A DNA stretch of 64,000 nucleotides, taken from assembly GCA_913058255.1 (NCBI GenBank), contig CAJXQU010000012.1, forward strand, positions 6,869 through 70,868, written 5' to 3'. The position numbers were made by a program, and so were the translations under genes. The DNA comes from an uncultured Pseudomonadota bacterium (lineage in GTDB: Bacteria > Pseudomonadota > Gammaproteobacteria > CAJXQU01). This document shows, piece by piece, positions 50,739-60,225 of the stretch; within the stretch, counting starts at the first letter, position 1; every line of letters begins with the position of its first letter. Under the pieces are notes generated by a model that ran no database searches, had not been told where the DNA came from, and was given only the letters and a program-made list of their open reading frames with translations.

Positions 50739-51518
50739 TACTTGTACAGGGCAGATCGACTCTGTTCTAGGTAGATCAAAAATTTCGGGGTAAAAAACTT
50801 TAACCAGATACAAACCATCCGGTGGTGCCGTCACTCCTCCTAAGCGACGATCTCTACATTCTAAAACGTCACGAGCCCATTCAGGCTTAGCTCTCTCCAT
50901 ACCAACTTCCATCAGGACACCAGATATATTTCTAACCATGTGGTGAAGAAAAGCATTTGCTTCTATTTCCAGTGTAATAATCGGACCCTGTTTCCTGAGC
51001 TCTAAGCGATAAATAGTTCTAATCGGTGAGTGTGCCTGACAAGCTTGTGATCGATAGGCCGAAAAATCATGTGTGCCAATTAAGAATGAAGCCGCTTGCT
51101 TCATTTTTTCTAACGATAGAGGTCTACGTTCCCATACCACTTTTTTACTCAAAAAAGCAGAACGTGCCTGACGATTTAAAATATAGTATTGATACACTCG
51201 TCGTGTAGCAGAAAACCGAGCATGAAAATCTTCCTGAACCTGTTTGATCCATTTAACACTAATATCATTAGGCAGGTTAGCATTAACGCCAAATAACCAG
51301 GCGCTATCTTTTCTTATAACATCTGTCTCAATGTGGACAACTTGGCCAAGCCCATGGACGCCTGTATCTGTTCTACCTGCGCAATACACGCGAACCGGCT
51401 GATCAGCAATTTGGGATATAGCTTTCTCTAAAACACCTTGAACGGTTGCAACATCATCCTGACTTTGCCAGCCATGATAGTTGCTACCATCGTATTCAAT
51501 TCCAAATGCTAGTTTCAC
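50724..51518 (-). CDS. truA: tRNA pseudouridine(38-40) synthase
   Basis: Start revised to GTG 51518 (GTGA overlap with the upstream gene); GIEYDGSNYHGWQ, AGRTDTGVH, FHARFSA, FLHHMVRNI, GLYL. Confidence 0.96.
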   Translation of the reverse strand: MKLAFGIEYDGSNYHGWQSQDDVATVQGVLEKAISQIADQPVRVYCAGRTDTGVHGLGQVVHIETDVIRKDSAWLFGVNANLPNDISVKWIKQVQEDFHARFSATRRVYQYYILNRQARSAFLSKKVVWERRPLSLEKMKQAASFLIGTHDFSAYRSQACQAHSPIRTIYRLELRKQGPIITLEIEANAFLHHMVRNISGVLMEVGMERAKPEWARDVLECRDRRLGGVTAPPDGLYLVKVFYPEIFDLPRTESICPVQVLPDL

Positions 51519-52171
51519 AATATTGTTTGTATTAAATAAAGTATTATAAAAAGCATCACAGGAAATAACCACTGACCTAGTGAAGCCTGACTTTTAAGAT
51601 CAACACTAATCCCATCCAGTGATTTCTCATCTATCTTTTTTATAAGATCAAAATACAAACCGGAAACACTATAACCTATCTCACTAATCCTTATTTTACC
51701 TTGTTTTATTGTCGCTTTCTTTTCTAATAAGTAGACCTTAACTGTCTCTATATTTTGAAAGATTAGCTCAATGCGAATAGCTAGAGATTCAACCGAAAAT
51801 CCCAGATATTTAAGTGGTCTTAGTAAAAATATGATTGCAGATATCATTTGATCACGTGGTGTTTTACTCATGATCCAGTTTATAAGCAGCAGCATTAAAG
51901 CTAAAATTAAAATTCGTTTAAGGCCAGCAGATAATTTAGATCCGAGGCTAATATCTGAAGTATCGATCAAAACAAAGACCGCTATAATTGATAGAAAAAA
52001 CCATTTCATTTGATAAAGAGATCGAGCAATTTTTCTGAAGTCTTCAGGTGGATTAGTCCAATAAAGAAGTAAGGTTAAAACACTACATACTATTACTATA
52101 AGAGGTTTTCCGAGAGCGAGGAACATCGCAAGAACAAGAAAACTGACAATACGGGTGATTGCGTGATTCAA
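51515..52171 (-). CDS. EcfT/CbiQ-like membrane protein (orphan ECF T-component)
   Basis: Hydrophobic N-half followed by T..DQMISAIIFLLRPLKYLG...LAIRIEL, resembling the EcfT coupling helices; located between fimV and truA. Confidence 0.55.
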   Translation of the reverse strand: MNHAITRIVSFLVLAMFLALGKPLIVIVCSVLTLLLYWTNPPEDFRKIARSLYQMKWFFLSIIAVFVLIDTSDISLGSKLSAGLKRILILALMLLLINWIMSKTPRDQMISAIIFLLRPLKYLGFSVESLAIRIELIFQNIETVKVYLLEKKATIKQGKIRISEIGYSVSGLYFDLIKKIDEKSLDGISVDLKSQASLGQWLFPVMLFIILYLIQTIL

Positions 52172-52287
52172 TTTTCTTTATTCTCAGTCACTATAAACTT
52201 CTCACTTTTAGTATCTGATTACTGTTCTAGTTATATTAAGAGTAGATTTTATCGAATTGAATACTAGGAAATTACTTTGGGTGTAAC

Positions 52288-52329
52288 ACTTCTCTCCAAG
52301 CCCTTTTGATTATGAGCTTAGAGAGAAGT
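52288..52329 (-). terminator. Hairpin immediately downstream of fimV
   Basis: ACTTCTCTCCAAGC-N14-GCTTAGAGAGAAGT (one mismatch). Confidence 0.55.
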
Positions 52330-52338
52330 TATGATGAC

Positions 52339-55300
52339 TTATGAAATTTGTTGTAACAGTTCTTGAGCATCTTTCCTCTGATTATCATTACCATCAGCAC
52401 TAACTTCATGAAGAATATCTTTTGCACCATCAGAATCACCAAGCTCTATATATGCCTTAGCAAGATTTAACTTAGTATCAATTTCATCACCCTCATTCTC
52501 TAAGTCTAAATCAGATACGCCTAAAGTACTCGTCAGTGTTTTCTCTAATGTGCCATCTGTATCAAATTCAAAAGTGAGGTCATCAAGACCACCTGTATCA
52601 AGACCAGAAATTGTATCTTCAAGAGATTTTGCCAATGATTCTAAATCATCACTAGAGTTCTCAAAAGTATCAGCATCTAACAAGCTTTCTAAATCATCAA
52701 CTTCGAGTGAGTTCTCACTCAAATCATCTGTTGTGAACTCTAGAATTTCTGCACTTGGCTCTGCAGTTTTACTTGCAACAATATTTTCATCGACTGTTTT
52801 GAACTCATTGGTTAGCTCTAAGAAATCTTCTGCTTCACCACTTGCCTCTGACTCAGGAAGTGAAGTTGATCCAACGGCTGTAATATCTAACATATCAATT
52901 GAGAACGTATCGTCCTCTGCTTCTGTCACCGCACTCGTAATATCATCCGAATCACCAATATTAAAATCTAAACCTTCGTCAATTTTTATATCTGTAGAGC
53001 TATCTAACGAAAGCTCAAACTCTTCAGTATCTCCCGCTTGAGATGTTGATGTTACTGTTTTAGCAGCTTCTGAATCCAATTCAACGTCTTCTGCTATATT
53101 TAAGAAATCTTCAGACACTTCACCAGTTTCAGCTATATTAATAAAATCATCTGCGACTTCTGCTGCGTTAGTTTCGTCTCCCGAAGAGATATCAATCAGG
53201 GTCGTATCTTCCAGAGATATAGTCTCATCAGCAATATTAATGAACTCATCTTCATCATCGCTACTTAATAATGCAGCACCTGCGCCAACAGTTGATAGAC
53301 CTGCTACGATCCCAGCACCACCACTAATATCAAATACATCTTCAGCTTCAGGCTCGGTCGCAGCTAATTCGTCTGATAAAAAATCTTCAGAAATAGTCGT
53401 TTCAGTAGCCTCTGCAGCATTCTGTGATTCAAACAGGTCTCTTTCCGGAGACATCTCTGACCACATTGCAACTGCGCTCTCCCACAAGTGGCCTTCGCCA
53501 TCAGTAACTTCCTGTAAAGATTTCGCCGCTTTTTCATAGGCATTTTTATTATTAGCAGCGTAATGAACCTCAAGAAGACGTAGTTTATAACCATCTTCTT
53601 CAGGATTATCTTCGATAGCTTTATTGACTAATCTTTCAGCCTTATCAAACTGCTCGTATGCAAGTGACAAGTTAACTTCTTCCAATGGATCATCATCTGG
53701 CCCATCTTCTTCAGTTTGTTCTAGTAGAGGTTTAATTTGCTCAAGCGTATCTTCAAGATTAACCAGGCCTTCAGCCGGTAATTCTTCTTCATCTGCATCA
53801 AGAAGATCAGAGCCCTCTTCTAGCTCTTCCTCATCAAATTCAAAGTTAAACTCTTCTTCAACATCGGCTTCTAGTTCTTCAAAATCAGTTGGTGCTTCTA
53901 ACGCTTCTTCAACAGAATCGTCTAGCTCTAGATTTTCTTCAAGGTTGTCATCAAGATCATCTAGCCTCGTAGCGAATGAGTCTTCTACTTCTAACCCATC
54001 TGCAGCTAAATCGTCAGGGTCTAATAAATCTAATGTCTCAGCATCTTCTTTACGCCCTTTACCGAATAACTTGAATACTCCGATTAAAAGTAATCCAAGT
54101 AGACCTAAGGCAATAGCTAAAACCGCTTTGATGCCTCCAGGAATTGAATCAACGATACCTTCAGGAAGTAAGCCTTTTAGCTTAGTCAACAGATCAACAT
54201 CTTCCGTAGTGGCTGTATCTGCTTCAGAATCTGTTGTCTTATCTTCGACGACATCTTCCGTCGAAATAGCAACGGCGGCCTCTGCTTCCCTCTGATTATC
54301 AGTATCTACTGCTCCCTCAGAGAAATACTGGGCTTCAACGTCTTTACCCGAGAGATTCTCCGCTGGCGCACTATATTCTTCATAAGTCGTTGCTGTCGTT
54401 GCTAATTCCTGTTCGTAATCAAGGTAAGAGGTATCCGTTTCTCCTTCAAGCTCAGCGAGAATATCATCTATACTTTGATCGTCAGCTTCTTCACCTGTTT
54501 CGAGATTAGCTTCGGCTTCTAGTTTTGTTTTAGCTTCTTCCGCTAACTTAGCTTCTTCTGCAGATTCGGCTTCTAGTTTTGTTTTGGCTTCTTCGTCCGC
54601 AAGCGACTCCGCTTCGGTTTTAGAGACGTTAGCCTCTCTCAACTTAAGTTGTAAAGCAGCTAGCTCCTGATTTTTCAGATCAACTTGTTGTTTCAATAAA
54701 TCAACAATTTCTTCTGACTCTTTGAGCTTATCTTTTAACTCTGTGTTTTCATTTTCTCCACTCACCAATTGTTCAGCTGCTAAAGCGAGATCATTTTCGA
54801 GTGTCTGAGTGATGGCTTGTTCATTGTCGCCAGCAGCACTGATCTCTGTAATATCTTTTGTTGCACTCACTAAACGAACTTCAGGTTCGTCTAGAACTTC
54901 TTCTTCAGTAACCTCTTCTAACACTGTTCCGGTTGATGAAACTGCACCTTCAGGTCGTACAGCAACATTTGAAGCTAATCCTTGGCGATAATCATCCCAA
55001 AGTGCATTATGTTCTTTAACCAATGCAATAGCTTCACGCTTACTGATTTGATTCACTTCATCATGATCTGGGATTTTAAGTACTTGACCCGTTTTAAGTG
55101 CATTTATGTTGTTATTAACGAATGCATGTGGGTTTGAGTTCAGTAACGACAACATCATTTGTTGAACATTCACCGAACGGTTAGGACGACTTTTACTTGC
55201 TATAGACCAAAGTGTATCGCCTTTAGAGGTTGTATAAGCTGACGCTCCAGAAGAAGCCGAGGGTTGTTGGTTGCTTTGCTGAAGGATCTCTTGATAAACG

Positions 55301-56031
55301 ACAGCTTCTTCCTGAATAACCGATCCCGTGATAGAAGTTGCTTCGACAACAGAACCTGTTCTAACTTCAGCCTCACTCACAAGCGTTGCATCAGGTAGTT
55401 GTTCTATTCGTATATTTTCAACCTGCTCTTGTTTAACCGGGGTAGTGATTGGTTCAACTATGGTTAGAGGCTCTGAAACTGACTCAATTACAGGTTCTGT
55501 AACAGGCTCAGCTATCGGTAGCTCTGTTGTATCAACAACACGTGTATTGGTATCAAAAACCGGCGGATCTAATAGCGCAGTATATTCACGAATAAGTCGC
55601 CCTTTTGCCCAATTCACTTCCAGTAAAAAATTAAGAAAAGGTTCTTTAATCGATTCATTACTAGTGATGTGCAAGTAACTTCCCGAAGAACCTTCAATAA
55701 TTTCAAACTTAAGAGAAGACAGGAGAAATGGCCTTTCTATTCCCGCACTTTTAAACTGCTCCGAATCACCAAGGTTAACCGTCAGAGTTTGTAGTTCCTC
55801 TGAGTTAGTATTAAGTAATTGGATCTTTGCATCAAATGGTTCGTTCAGTGCTGAATTGGTCGTCATCCCACCTAGTCCTAACGCCTGAACAAGTGCAGGT
55901 GAAAGCAAGAGTGTAGACAATAGCGCCTTCTGAATGCTTGATTTTAAAAATTTTCCGCCTGTATTTTGCTTTGCAATTACAGAACTATTTTGAAATACCT
56001 TTTTCACGACTTCCCCCAGTTCTCCAGCCAT
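52339..56031 (-). CDS. fimV: FimV/HubP polar landmark protein
   Basis: ALGLGG..NSALNEPFDAKI, EPFLNFLLEVNW..GRLIREYTALLDPP, LysM GDTLWSIA...NPHAF, coiled coil, TM, very acidic cytoplasmic region, C-terminal TKLNLAKAYIELGD; asd-fimV-truA synteny. Confidence 0.93.
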   Translation of the reverse strand: MAGELGEVVKKVFQNSSVIAKQNTGGKFLKSSIQKALLSTLLLSPALVQALGLGGMTTNSALNEPFDAKIQLLNTNSEELQTLTVNLGDSEQFKSAGIERPFLLSSLKFEIIEGSSGSYLHITSNESIKEPFLNFLLEVNWAKGRLIREYTALLDPPVFDTNTRVVDTTELPIAEPVTEPVIESVSEPLTIVEPITTPVKQEQVENIRIEQLPDATLVSEAEVRTGSVVEATSITGSVIQEEAVVYQEILQQSNQQPSASSGASAYTTSKGDTLWSIASKSRPNRSVNVQQMMLSLLNSNPHAFVNNNINALKTGQVLKIPDHDEVNQISKREAIALVKEHNALWDDYRQGLASNVAVRPEGAVSSTGTVLEEVTEEEVLDEPEVRLVSATKDITEISAAGDNEQAITQTLENDLALAAEQLVSGENENTELKDKLKESEEIVDLLKQQVDLKNQELAALQLKLREANVSKTEAESLADEEAKTKLEAESAEEAKLAEEAKTKLEAEANLETGEEADDQSIDDILAELEGETDTSYLDYEQELATTATTYEEYSAPAENLSGKDVEAQYFSEGAVDTDNQREAEAAVAISTEDVVEDKTTDSEADTATTEDVDLLTKLKGLLPEGIVDSIPGGIKAVLAIALGLLGLLLIGVFKLFGKGRKEDAETLDLLDPDDLAADGLEVEDSFATRLDDLDDNLEENLELDDSVEEALEAPTDFEELEADVEEEFNFEFDEEELEEGSDLLDADEEELPAEGLVNLEDTLEQIKPLLEQTEEDGPDDDPLEEVNLSLAYEQFDKAERLVNKAIEDNPEEDGYKLRLLEVHYAANNKNAYEKAAKSLQEVTDGEGHLWESAVAMWSEMSPERDLFESQNAAEATETTISEDFLSDELAATEPEAEDVFDISGGAGIVAGLSTVGAGAALLSSDDEDEFINIADETISLEDTTLIDISSGDETNAAEVADDFINIAETGEVSEDFLNIAEDVELDSEAAKTVTSTSQAGDTEEFELSLDSSTDIKIDEGLDFNIGDSDDITSAVTEAEDDTFSIDMLDITAVGSTSLPESEASGEAEDFLELTNEFKTVDENIVASKTAEPSAEILEFTTDDLSENSLEVDDLESLLDADTFENSSDDLESLAKSLEDTISGLDTGGLDDLTFEFDTDGTLEKTLTSTLGVSDLDLENEGDEIDTKLNLAKAYIELGDSDGAKDILHEVSADGNDNQRKDAQELLQQIS
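54511..54594. repeat. 30-bp direct repeat (54-bp period) within fimV
   Basis: TTCGGCTTCTAGTTTTGTTTT(A/G)GCTTCTTC at 54511-54540 and 54565-54594, each encoding EEAKTKLEAE. Confidence 0.85.
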
Positions 56032-56094
56032 ATAGACTAGTGGATTCCCCTAAAATACTCGAATGTACATAAGAATATAGCATAAAACAATTGT

Positions 56095-57120
56095 TTATAA
56101 ATGGTTTTTTATTAATAATTCAGCTATCTCAACACTATTTAACGCCGCTCCTTTACGTACATTATCTGACACAACCCACATGTTTAGGCCTCGAGGATGA
56201 GAGATATCTTCACGAATTCGTCCCACAAAAACAGCATCATTACCTGAAGCTTCAGTTACTGCCGTTGGATAACCACCATCTTCATGCTCGTCCATCACCT
56301 CTACGCCTGCTGCTTTCGCTAATAACTCACGCGCTTGAACAGCTGTGATTTTCTCTTTAGTTTCAATATGTAATGCCTCGGAGTGACCATAAAAAACAGG
56401 GACTCGAACCGCCGTAGGATTGACCTCTATACTATCATCGCCCATGATTTTCTTAGTTTCCCAAACCATTTTCATTTCTTCTTTTGTGTATCCGTTCTCA
56501 CAAAAAACATCTATATGCGGCAAAACATTAAAGGCTATCTGCTTTGGATAAACACTACTTTCAATTTGTTTCGCATTCAAAAGGTTCGCTGTTTGCGTGG
56601 CTAATTCTTCGATCGCATTTTTACCCGTGCCTGAGACTGCTTGATAGGTACAGACATTGAGGCGTGTAATACCAACCGCATCATAAATTGGTTTTAATGC
56701 AACTAACATTTGAATCGTTGAACAATTTGGGTTCGCGATAATACCTCTATTTTTATAGTCAGCAATCGCTTCTGGATTAACTTCTGGCACAACTAGTGGG
56801 ATATCATCGACGTAGCGAAACTCAGACGTATTATCAATAACAACACAACCCGCAGCTGCCGCTTTTGGAGCATATATTTTTGAAACCGATCCACCGGGTG
56901 AAAACAAACCAATATCCACACCATTAAAGTCGAAGGTTTCTAAATCTTCAACCATAATCGATTTCCCGCGAAACATGAGTCTTGAACCCGCTGAACGACT
57001 ACTCGCCAATAGATGTAATTTATCAACTGGAAATTCCCGTTGCTCAAGTATTTCTAGCATTGCCTCGCCGACAGCACCAGTGGCACCGACAATTGCGACA
57101 TTATATTTTTTTTCACTCAT
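56095..57120 (-). CDS. asd: Aspartate-semialdehyde dehydrogenase
   Basis: VGATGAVG, IANPNCSTIQM, TYQAVSGTG, VRVPVFYGHSE, DNVRKGAALN. Confidence 0.98.
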   Translation of the reverse strand: MSEKKYNVAIVGATGAVGEAMLEILEQREFPVDKLHLLASSRSAGSRLMFRGKSIMVEDLETFDFNGVDIGLFSPGGSVSKIYAPKAAAAGCVVIDNTSEFRYVDDIPLVVPEVNPEAIADYKNRGIIANPNCSTIQMLVALKPIYDAVGITRLNVCTYQAVSGTGKNAIEELATQTANLLNAKQIESSVYPKQIAFNVLPHIDVFCENGYTKEEMKMVWETKKIMGDDSIEVNPTAVRVPVFYGHSEALHIETKEKITAVQARELLAKAAGVEVMDEHEDGGYPTAVTEASGNDAVFVGRIREDISHPRGLNMWVVSDNVRKGAALNSVEIAELLIKNHL

Positions 57121-57123
57121 AAC

Positions 57124-58203
57124 TTATCCTTTTAGTGCAGCGACGACAGCATCGCCCATTTCAATAGTGCCCACATTCTTCATACCTGTAGAGGTAATGT
57201 CCGGCGTTCGATATCCGGCACTAAGCACAACATCTACGGCTTTTTCGACGCGATTGGCCTGCTCAGCTTCAGCTAGTGAATAACGTAGCATCATTGCAAC
57301 TGATAGAATTGTAGCGAGAGGGTTCGCAATATTTTTTCCAGCGATATCTGGCGCAGAACCGTGGATGGGCTCATACATACCTTTACCATTTTTATCTAAC
57401 GAAGCGGATGGCAGCATGCCAATAGAACCTGTCAGCATCGATGCAAGATCAGACAATATGTCACCGAACATATTAGTCGTCACCATGACATCAAACTGTT
57501 TTGGCGTTCGCACTAATTGCATAGCAGCATTGTCAACATACATATGTGTCAACTCAACTTCTGGGTAATCTTTAGAAATATCGATCATGACTTCACGCCA
57601 AAGCTCAGTGGCTTCTAAAACATTAGCCTTATCTATAGAGCAAACTCGGCGATCGCGCTTCATTGCTGCTTTGAATGCGACATGCCCTATTCTTCTGATT
57701 TCTGACTCGCTATATACCAGCGTATTGAAGCCTTCCTTTTCACCATTATCAAGCTCTCGAATACCACGAGGTTGGCCAAAATATATGCCACCCGTGAGCT
57801 CACGGACGATCATGATATCTAGACCAGACACCACTTCAGGTTTTAAAGCCGATGCTTCGACAAGTTGTGGTGCCGTAAGTGCAGGCCGTAAATTTGCAAA
57901 TAAACCCAGTTCTGATCGGATTTTTAATAAGCCTTTTTCAGGGCGGTTAGCGATATCGAGTGGCTCCCATTTCGGGCCACCAACAGCTCCTAATAAAATG
58001 GCATCTGCTTCCTTTGCCTTGTCGAGCGTTTCATCCGGTAAAGGATTACCTACCGCGTCAATAGCAGCCCCACCAATCAAACCATTATCAAGATCAATAT
58101 CTAATCCAAAGTCAACTGACAGTACATTGAGTACCTTTATAGCTTCCGCTAAGATTTCTGGGCCGATGCCGTCACCAGATAAAATTAGAACTTTTTTACT
58201 CAT
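57124..58203 (-). CDS. leuB: 3-isopropylmalate dehydrogenase
   Basis: Start revised to ATG 58203 ([16 protein letters not shown]); [38 protein letters not shown]. Confidence 0.98.
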   Translation of the reverse strand: MSKKVLILSGDGIGPEILAEAIKVLNVLSVDFGLDIDLDNGLIGGAAIDAVGNPLPDETLDKAKEADAILLGAVGGPKWEPLDIANRPEKGLLKIRSELGLFANLRPALTAPQLVEASALKPEVVSGLDIMIVRELTGGIYFGQPRGIRELDNGEKEGFNTLVYSESEIRRIGHVAFKAAMKRDRRVCSIDKANVLEATELWREVMIDISKDYPEVELTHMYVDNAAMQLVRTPKQFDVMVTTNMFGDILSDLASMLTGSIGMLPSASLDKNGKGMYEPIHGSAPDIAGKNIANPLATILSVAMMLRYSLAEAEQANRVEKAVDVVLSAGYRTPDITSTGMKNVGTIEMGDAVVAALKG

Positions 58204-58399
58204 AATTACAAACTTCCCCTTGCCCAAACGCAAAGCAACTGTCGTACTATATAAACTAAAAAACCCCAAAAAGGGGTTAATGAAAGTAGTGATGGAGGGG
58301 ACAAGCCCAATCAACTCCCCCGGTGCGTATTAATTCGCTCAGAGCTATATGTCATAACACTGAAGAACCAACTATCCCTACTGATTAACTCGGTCATTC

Positions 58400-58840
58400 T
58401 ACTTCTTTTTAAACCAATGTAAATCACATGAAAGACCGATGTTATGTGTATTGTGATCGAAAGGAAGTTGTTAAGGATAACGAGATGCCCTATCCAACCA
58501 AACGTCAATCCCTTGGGTATTCAAATTAAGATCGTCGGTAAGTTAGATCCATCACTTTGTCCCTGTTTAAAGAACATCCTCAATCGCCAAGTCCAGCTAC
58601 AAATGGCTCTATTAAATCACTCTAGATAAGCGGATATCGATTTACTGCGCACCTCATCTTTATATCGACATATGGTTCAAGCAGATAATGTCATCGGCCG
58701 CATATCTCGGAAAGATCCGTTACAGCACTATTCATTGTATATCCGATCAGAACAAATCGATCTTTAACTAAGGTAACAAAACCTTCAATGGCGAATAAAT
58801 ATCGAAAAAAGGACTTTTTTAATTACTTTTATCTTTGCAT
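58400..58840 (-). pseudogene. Highly degraded LysR (GcvA-like) regulator remnant
   Basis: Minus-strand fragments in shifting frames, collinear with LysR order: MQR*K*LKKSFFRYLFAIEGF...NSAVT (HTH-like), YVDIKMR...LDLAI, SN-PTIL..NTQGI-FGW.GHLV (cf. AAxxGQGIALGWxHLV); many stops and frameshifts. Confidence 0.5.
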
Positions 58841-58965
58841 ACTCTTTACTTAACGATAATATTGAGGCTACACAAAAATGACTGTCGCCATATAGCGATA
58901 TATGACCTAGTGAGTTCTGATGGGATAAACTCTCTAAATTACACAACTGCTCAAATAAACCCTAC

Positions 58966-60126
58966 ATGAGAAAAATAATGAACGATTTTTTTGATCCACG
59001 ATATCCAAACTCGGAAAACCTAAGACATCGCGCAAAAAAACGAATGCCTGGCTTTGCCTTTGATTACCTAGAAGGTGGCTGTATTGATGAAATAGGTCTG
59101 AAGAGAAACCGAGACCTTATCAAAGAAGTTCAACTACGCAGTAACCTACTAGAACCATTTGATAAAACTGATCTTGGCGTCGAAATCTTTGGACATAAAT
59201 ATTCACTTCCCTTCGGTATCGCACCTGTAGGTTTACAAGGTCTTATGTGGCCAAACGCACCAGAAATTCTTGCAAAAGCAGCGGCTGAGCTAAACATTCC
59301 TTATGTGTTAAGTACCGTATCATCGAGTCGATTAGAGCGCATTTCAGAATTGTCCGAAGGTAAAGCATGGTTCCAGTTATACAACCCTACCGATGACTCC
59401 GTCAGAAAAGATTTAATGAAACGTATTCACGCCGCACAAGTACCTGTTTTAGTCGTGACCGTGGATGTCCCGACCTTTGGTTACAGAATTAATGATATTA
59501 AAAATGGTTTGTCGATGCCACCTTCTATGTCGCTACGCAATGTTATCCAAATGGCGACAAGCCCAGCTTGGTTATACGAAACAGCCAAAGCCGGAAAACC
59601 TGAAATGCAAACACTCAAACCCTATATGCCTAAAGGCATGCCGGTTGATCAGTTAGCCGCCTTTATGAATGACACCGTCATGGGGAAAGTTGATGCAGAG
59701 AGCTTAAAACCAATCCGCGATGAATGGCAAGGTCCCCTATTAATCAAGGGACTGGTCAGTGAGAGTGATGTGAAACATGCGATCGCATTAGGTGCTGATG
59801 GAGTGGTGTTATCAAATCATGGCGGTAGACAGCTCGATGCTGGCGAATCACCAATAGAAACCATGCAGCAGATTGTAGCTAAGTACGGCGATCAAATTAA
59901 AATCACGATGGATAGTGGTATTCGTAGCGGTACGAACATTGCCTGCTCCTTAGCACAAGGAGCTGAGTTTACCTTCCTTGGCCGTACATTTGTCTACGGT
60001 GTCGGCGCTCTTGGAGACAAGGGAGGAATACACACCATCAATATGTTGAAGAAACAGTTAGAACAAACCTTGACTCAACTTAGATGCCCGAGCGTTAAAG
60101 ACCTACCTAAATACCTAGTTCGTTAA
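58966..60126 (+). CDS. FMN-dependent alpha-hydroxy-acid dehydrogenase (LldD/mandelate dehydrogenase family)
   Basis: FDYLEGG, GIAPVG, WFQLY, VTVDVP, LIKG, SNHGGRQLD, DSGIRSG. Confidence 0.92.
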   Translation: MRKIMNDFFDPRYPNSENLRHRAKKRMPGFAFDYLEGGCIDEIGLKRNRDLIKEVQLRSNLLEPFDKTDLGVEIFGHKYSLPFGIAPVGLQGLMWPNAPEILAKAAAELNIPYVLSTVSSSRLERISELSEGKAWFQLYNPTDDSVRKDLMKRIHAAQVPVLVVTVDVPTFGYRINDIKNGLSMPPSMSLRNVIQMATSPAWLYETAKAGKPEMQTLKPYMPKGMPVDQLAAFMNDTVMGKVDAESLKPIRDEWQGPLLIKGLVSESDVKHAIALGADGVVLSNHGGRQLDAGESPIETMQQIVAKYGDQIKITMDSGIRSGTNIACSLAQGAEFTFLGRTFVYGVGALGDKGGIHTINMLKKQLEQTLTQLRCPSVKDLPKYLVR

Positions 60127-60165
60127 AAATTAGTTCATTAGAAAATAAAGAACGCAACATTCCCC

Positions 60166-60215
60166 AATACTATCTATCTAGTATCATCATATTTGATACT
60201 AGATAGTATTTTTTT
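60166..60215 (+). terminator. Terminator hairpin between the convergent dehydrogenase and YeiH genes
   Basis: CTATCTAGTATCA-N7-TGATACTAGATAG stem followed by TATTTTTTT. Confidence 0.7.
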
Positions 60216-60225
60216 CAAGCTAACA

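Noticed and set aside
52550..55678. Ser-rich plus-strand ORFs (163, 99, 223, 60 and 116 aa) opposite fimV
   Set aside because: Antisense shadows of Glu/Asp-rich codons; no independent coding signal.
58256..58330. Possible leucine attenuator upstream of leuB
   Set aside because: A hairpin with a T-run is present, but I found no Leu-rich leader peptide with a credible start.
57587..58333. 248-aa plus-strand ORF opposite leuB, and similar short ORFs nested in purL, ovoA, aceA, clpA, argE, exbBD and others
   Set aside because: They overlap well-conserved genes antisense or out of frame and show no recognisable motifs.
58560..58600. W-R-L-R-M-F-F-K-Q on the minus strand, reminiscent of an IS4/IS701 transposase motif
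   Set aside because: No other transposase motifs or terminal inverted repeats; the surrounding fragments fit a decayed LysR better.
60166..60210. Long inverted repeat as a possible MITE
   Set aside because: Short, single copy, no target-site duplication; it is a terminator hairpin with a 4-bp TATC slippage in the left arm.
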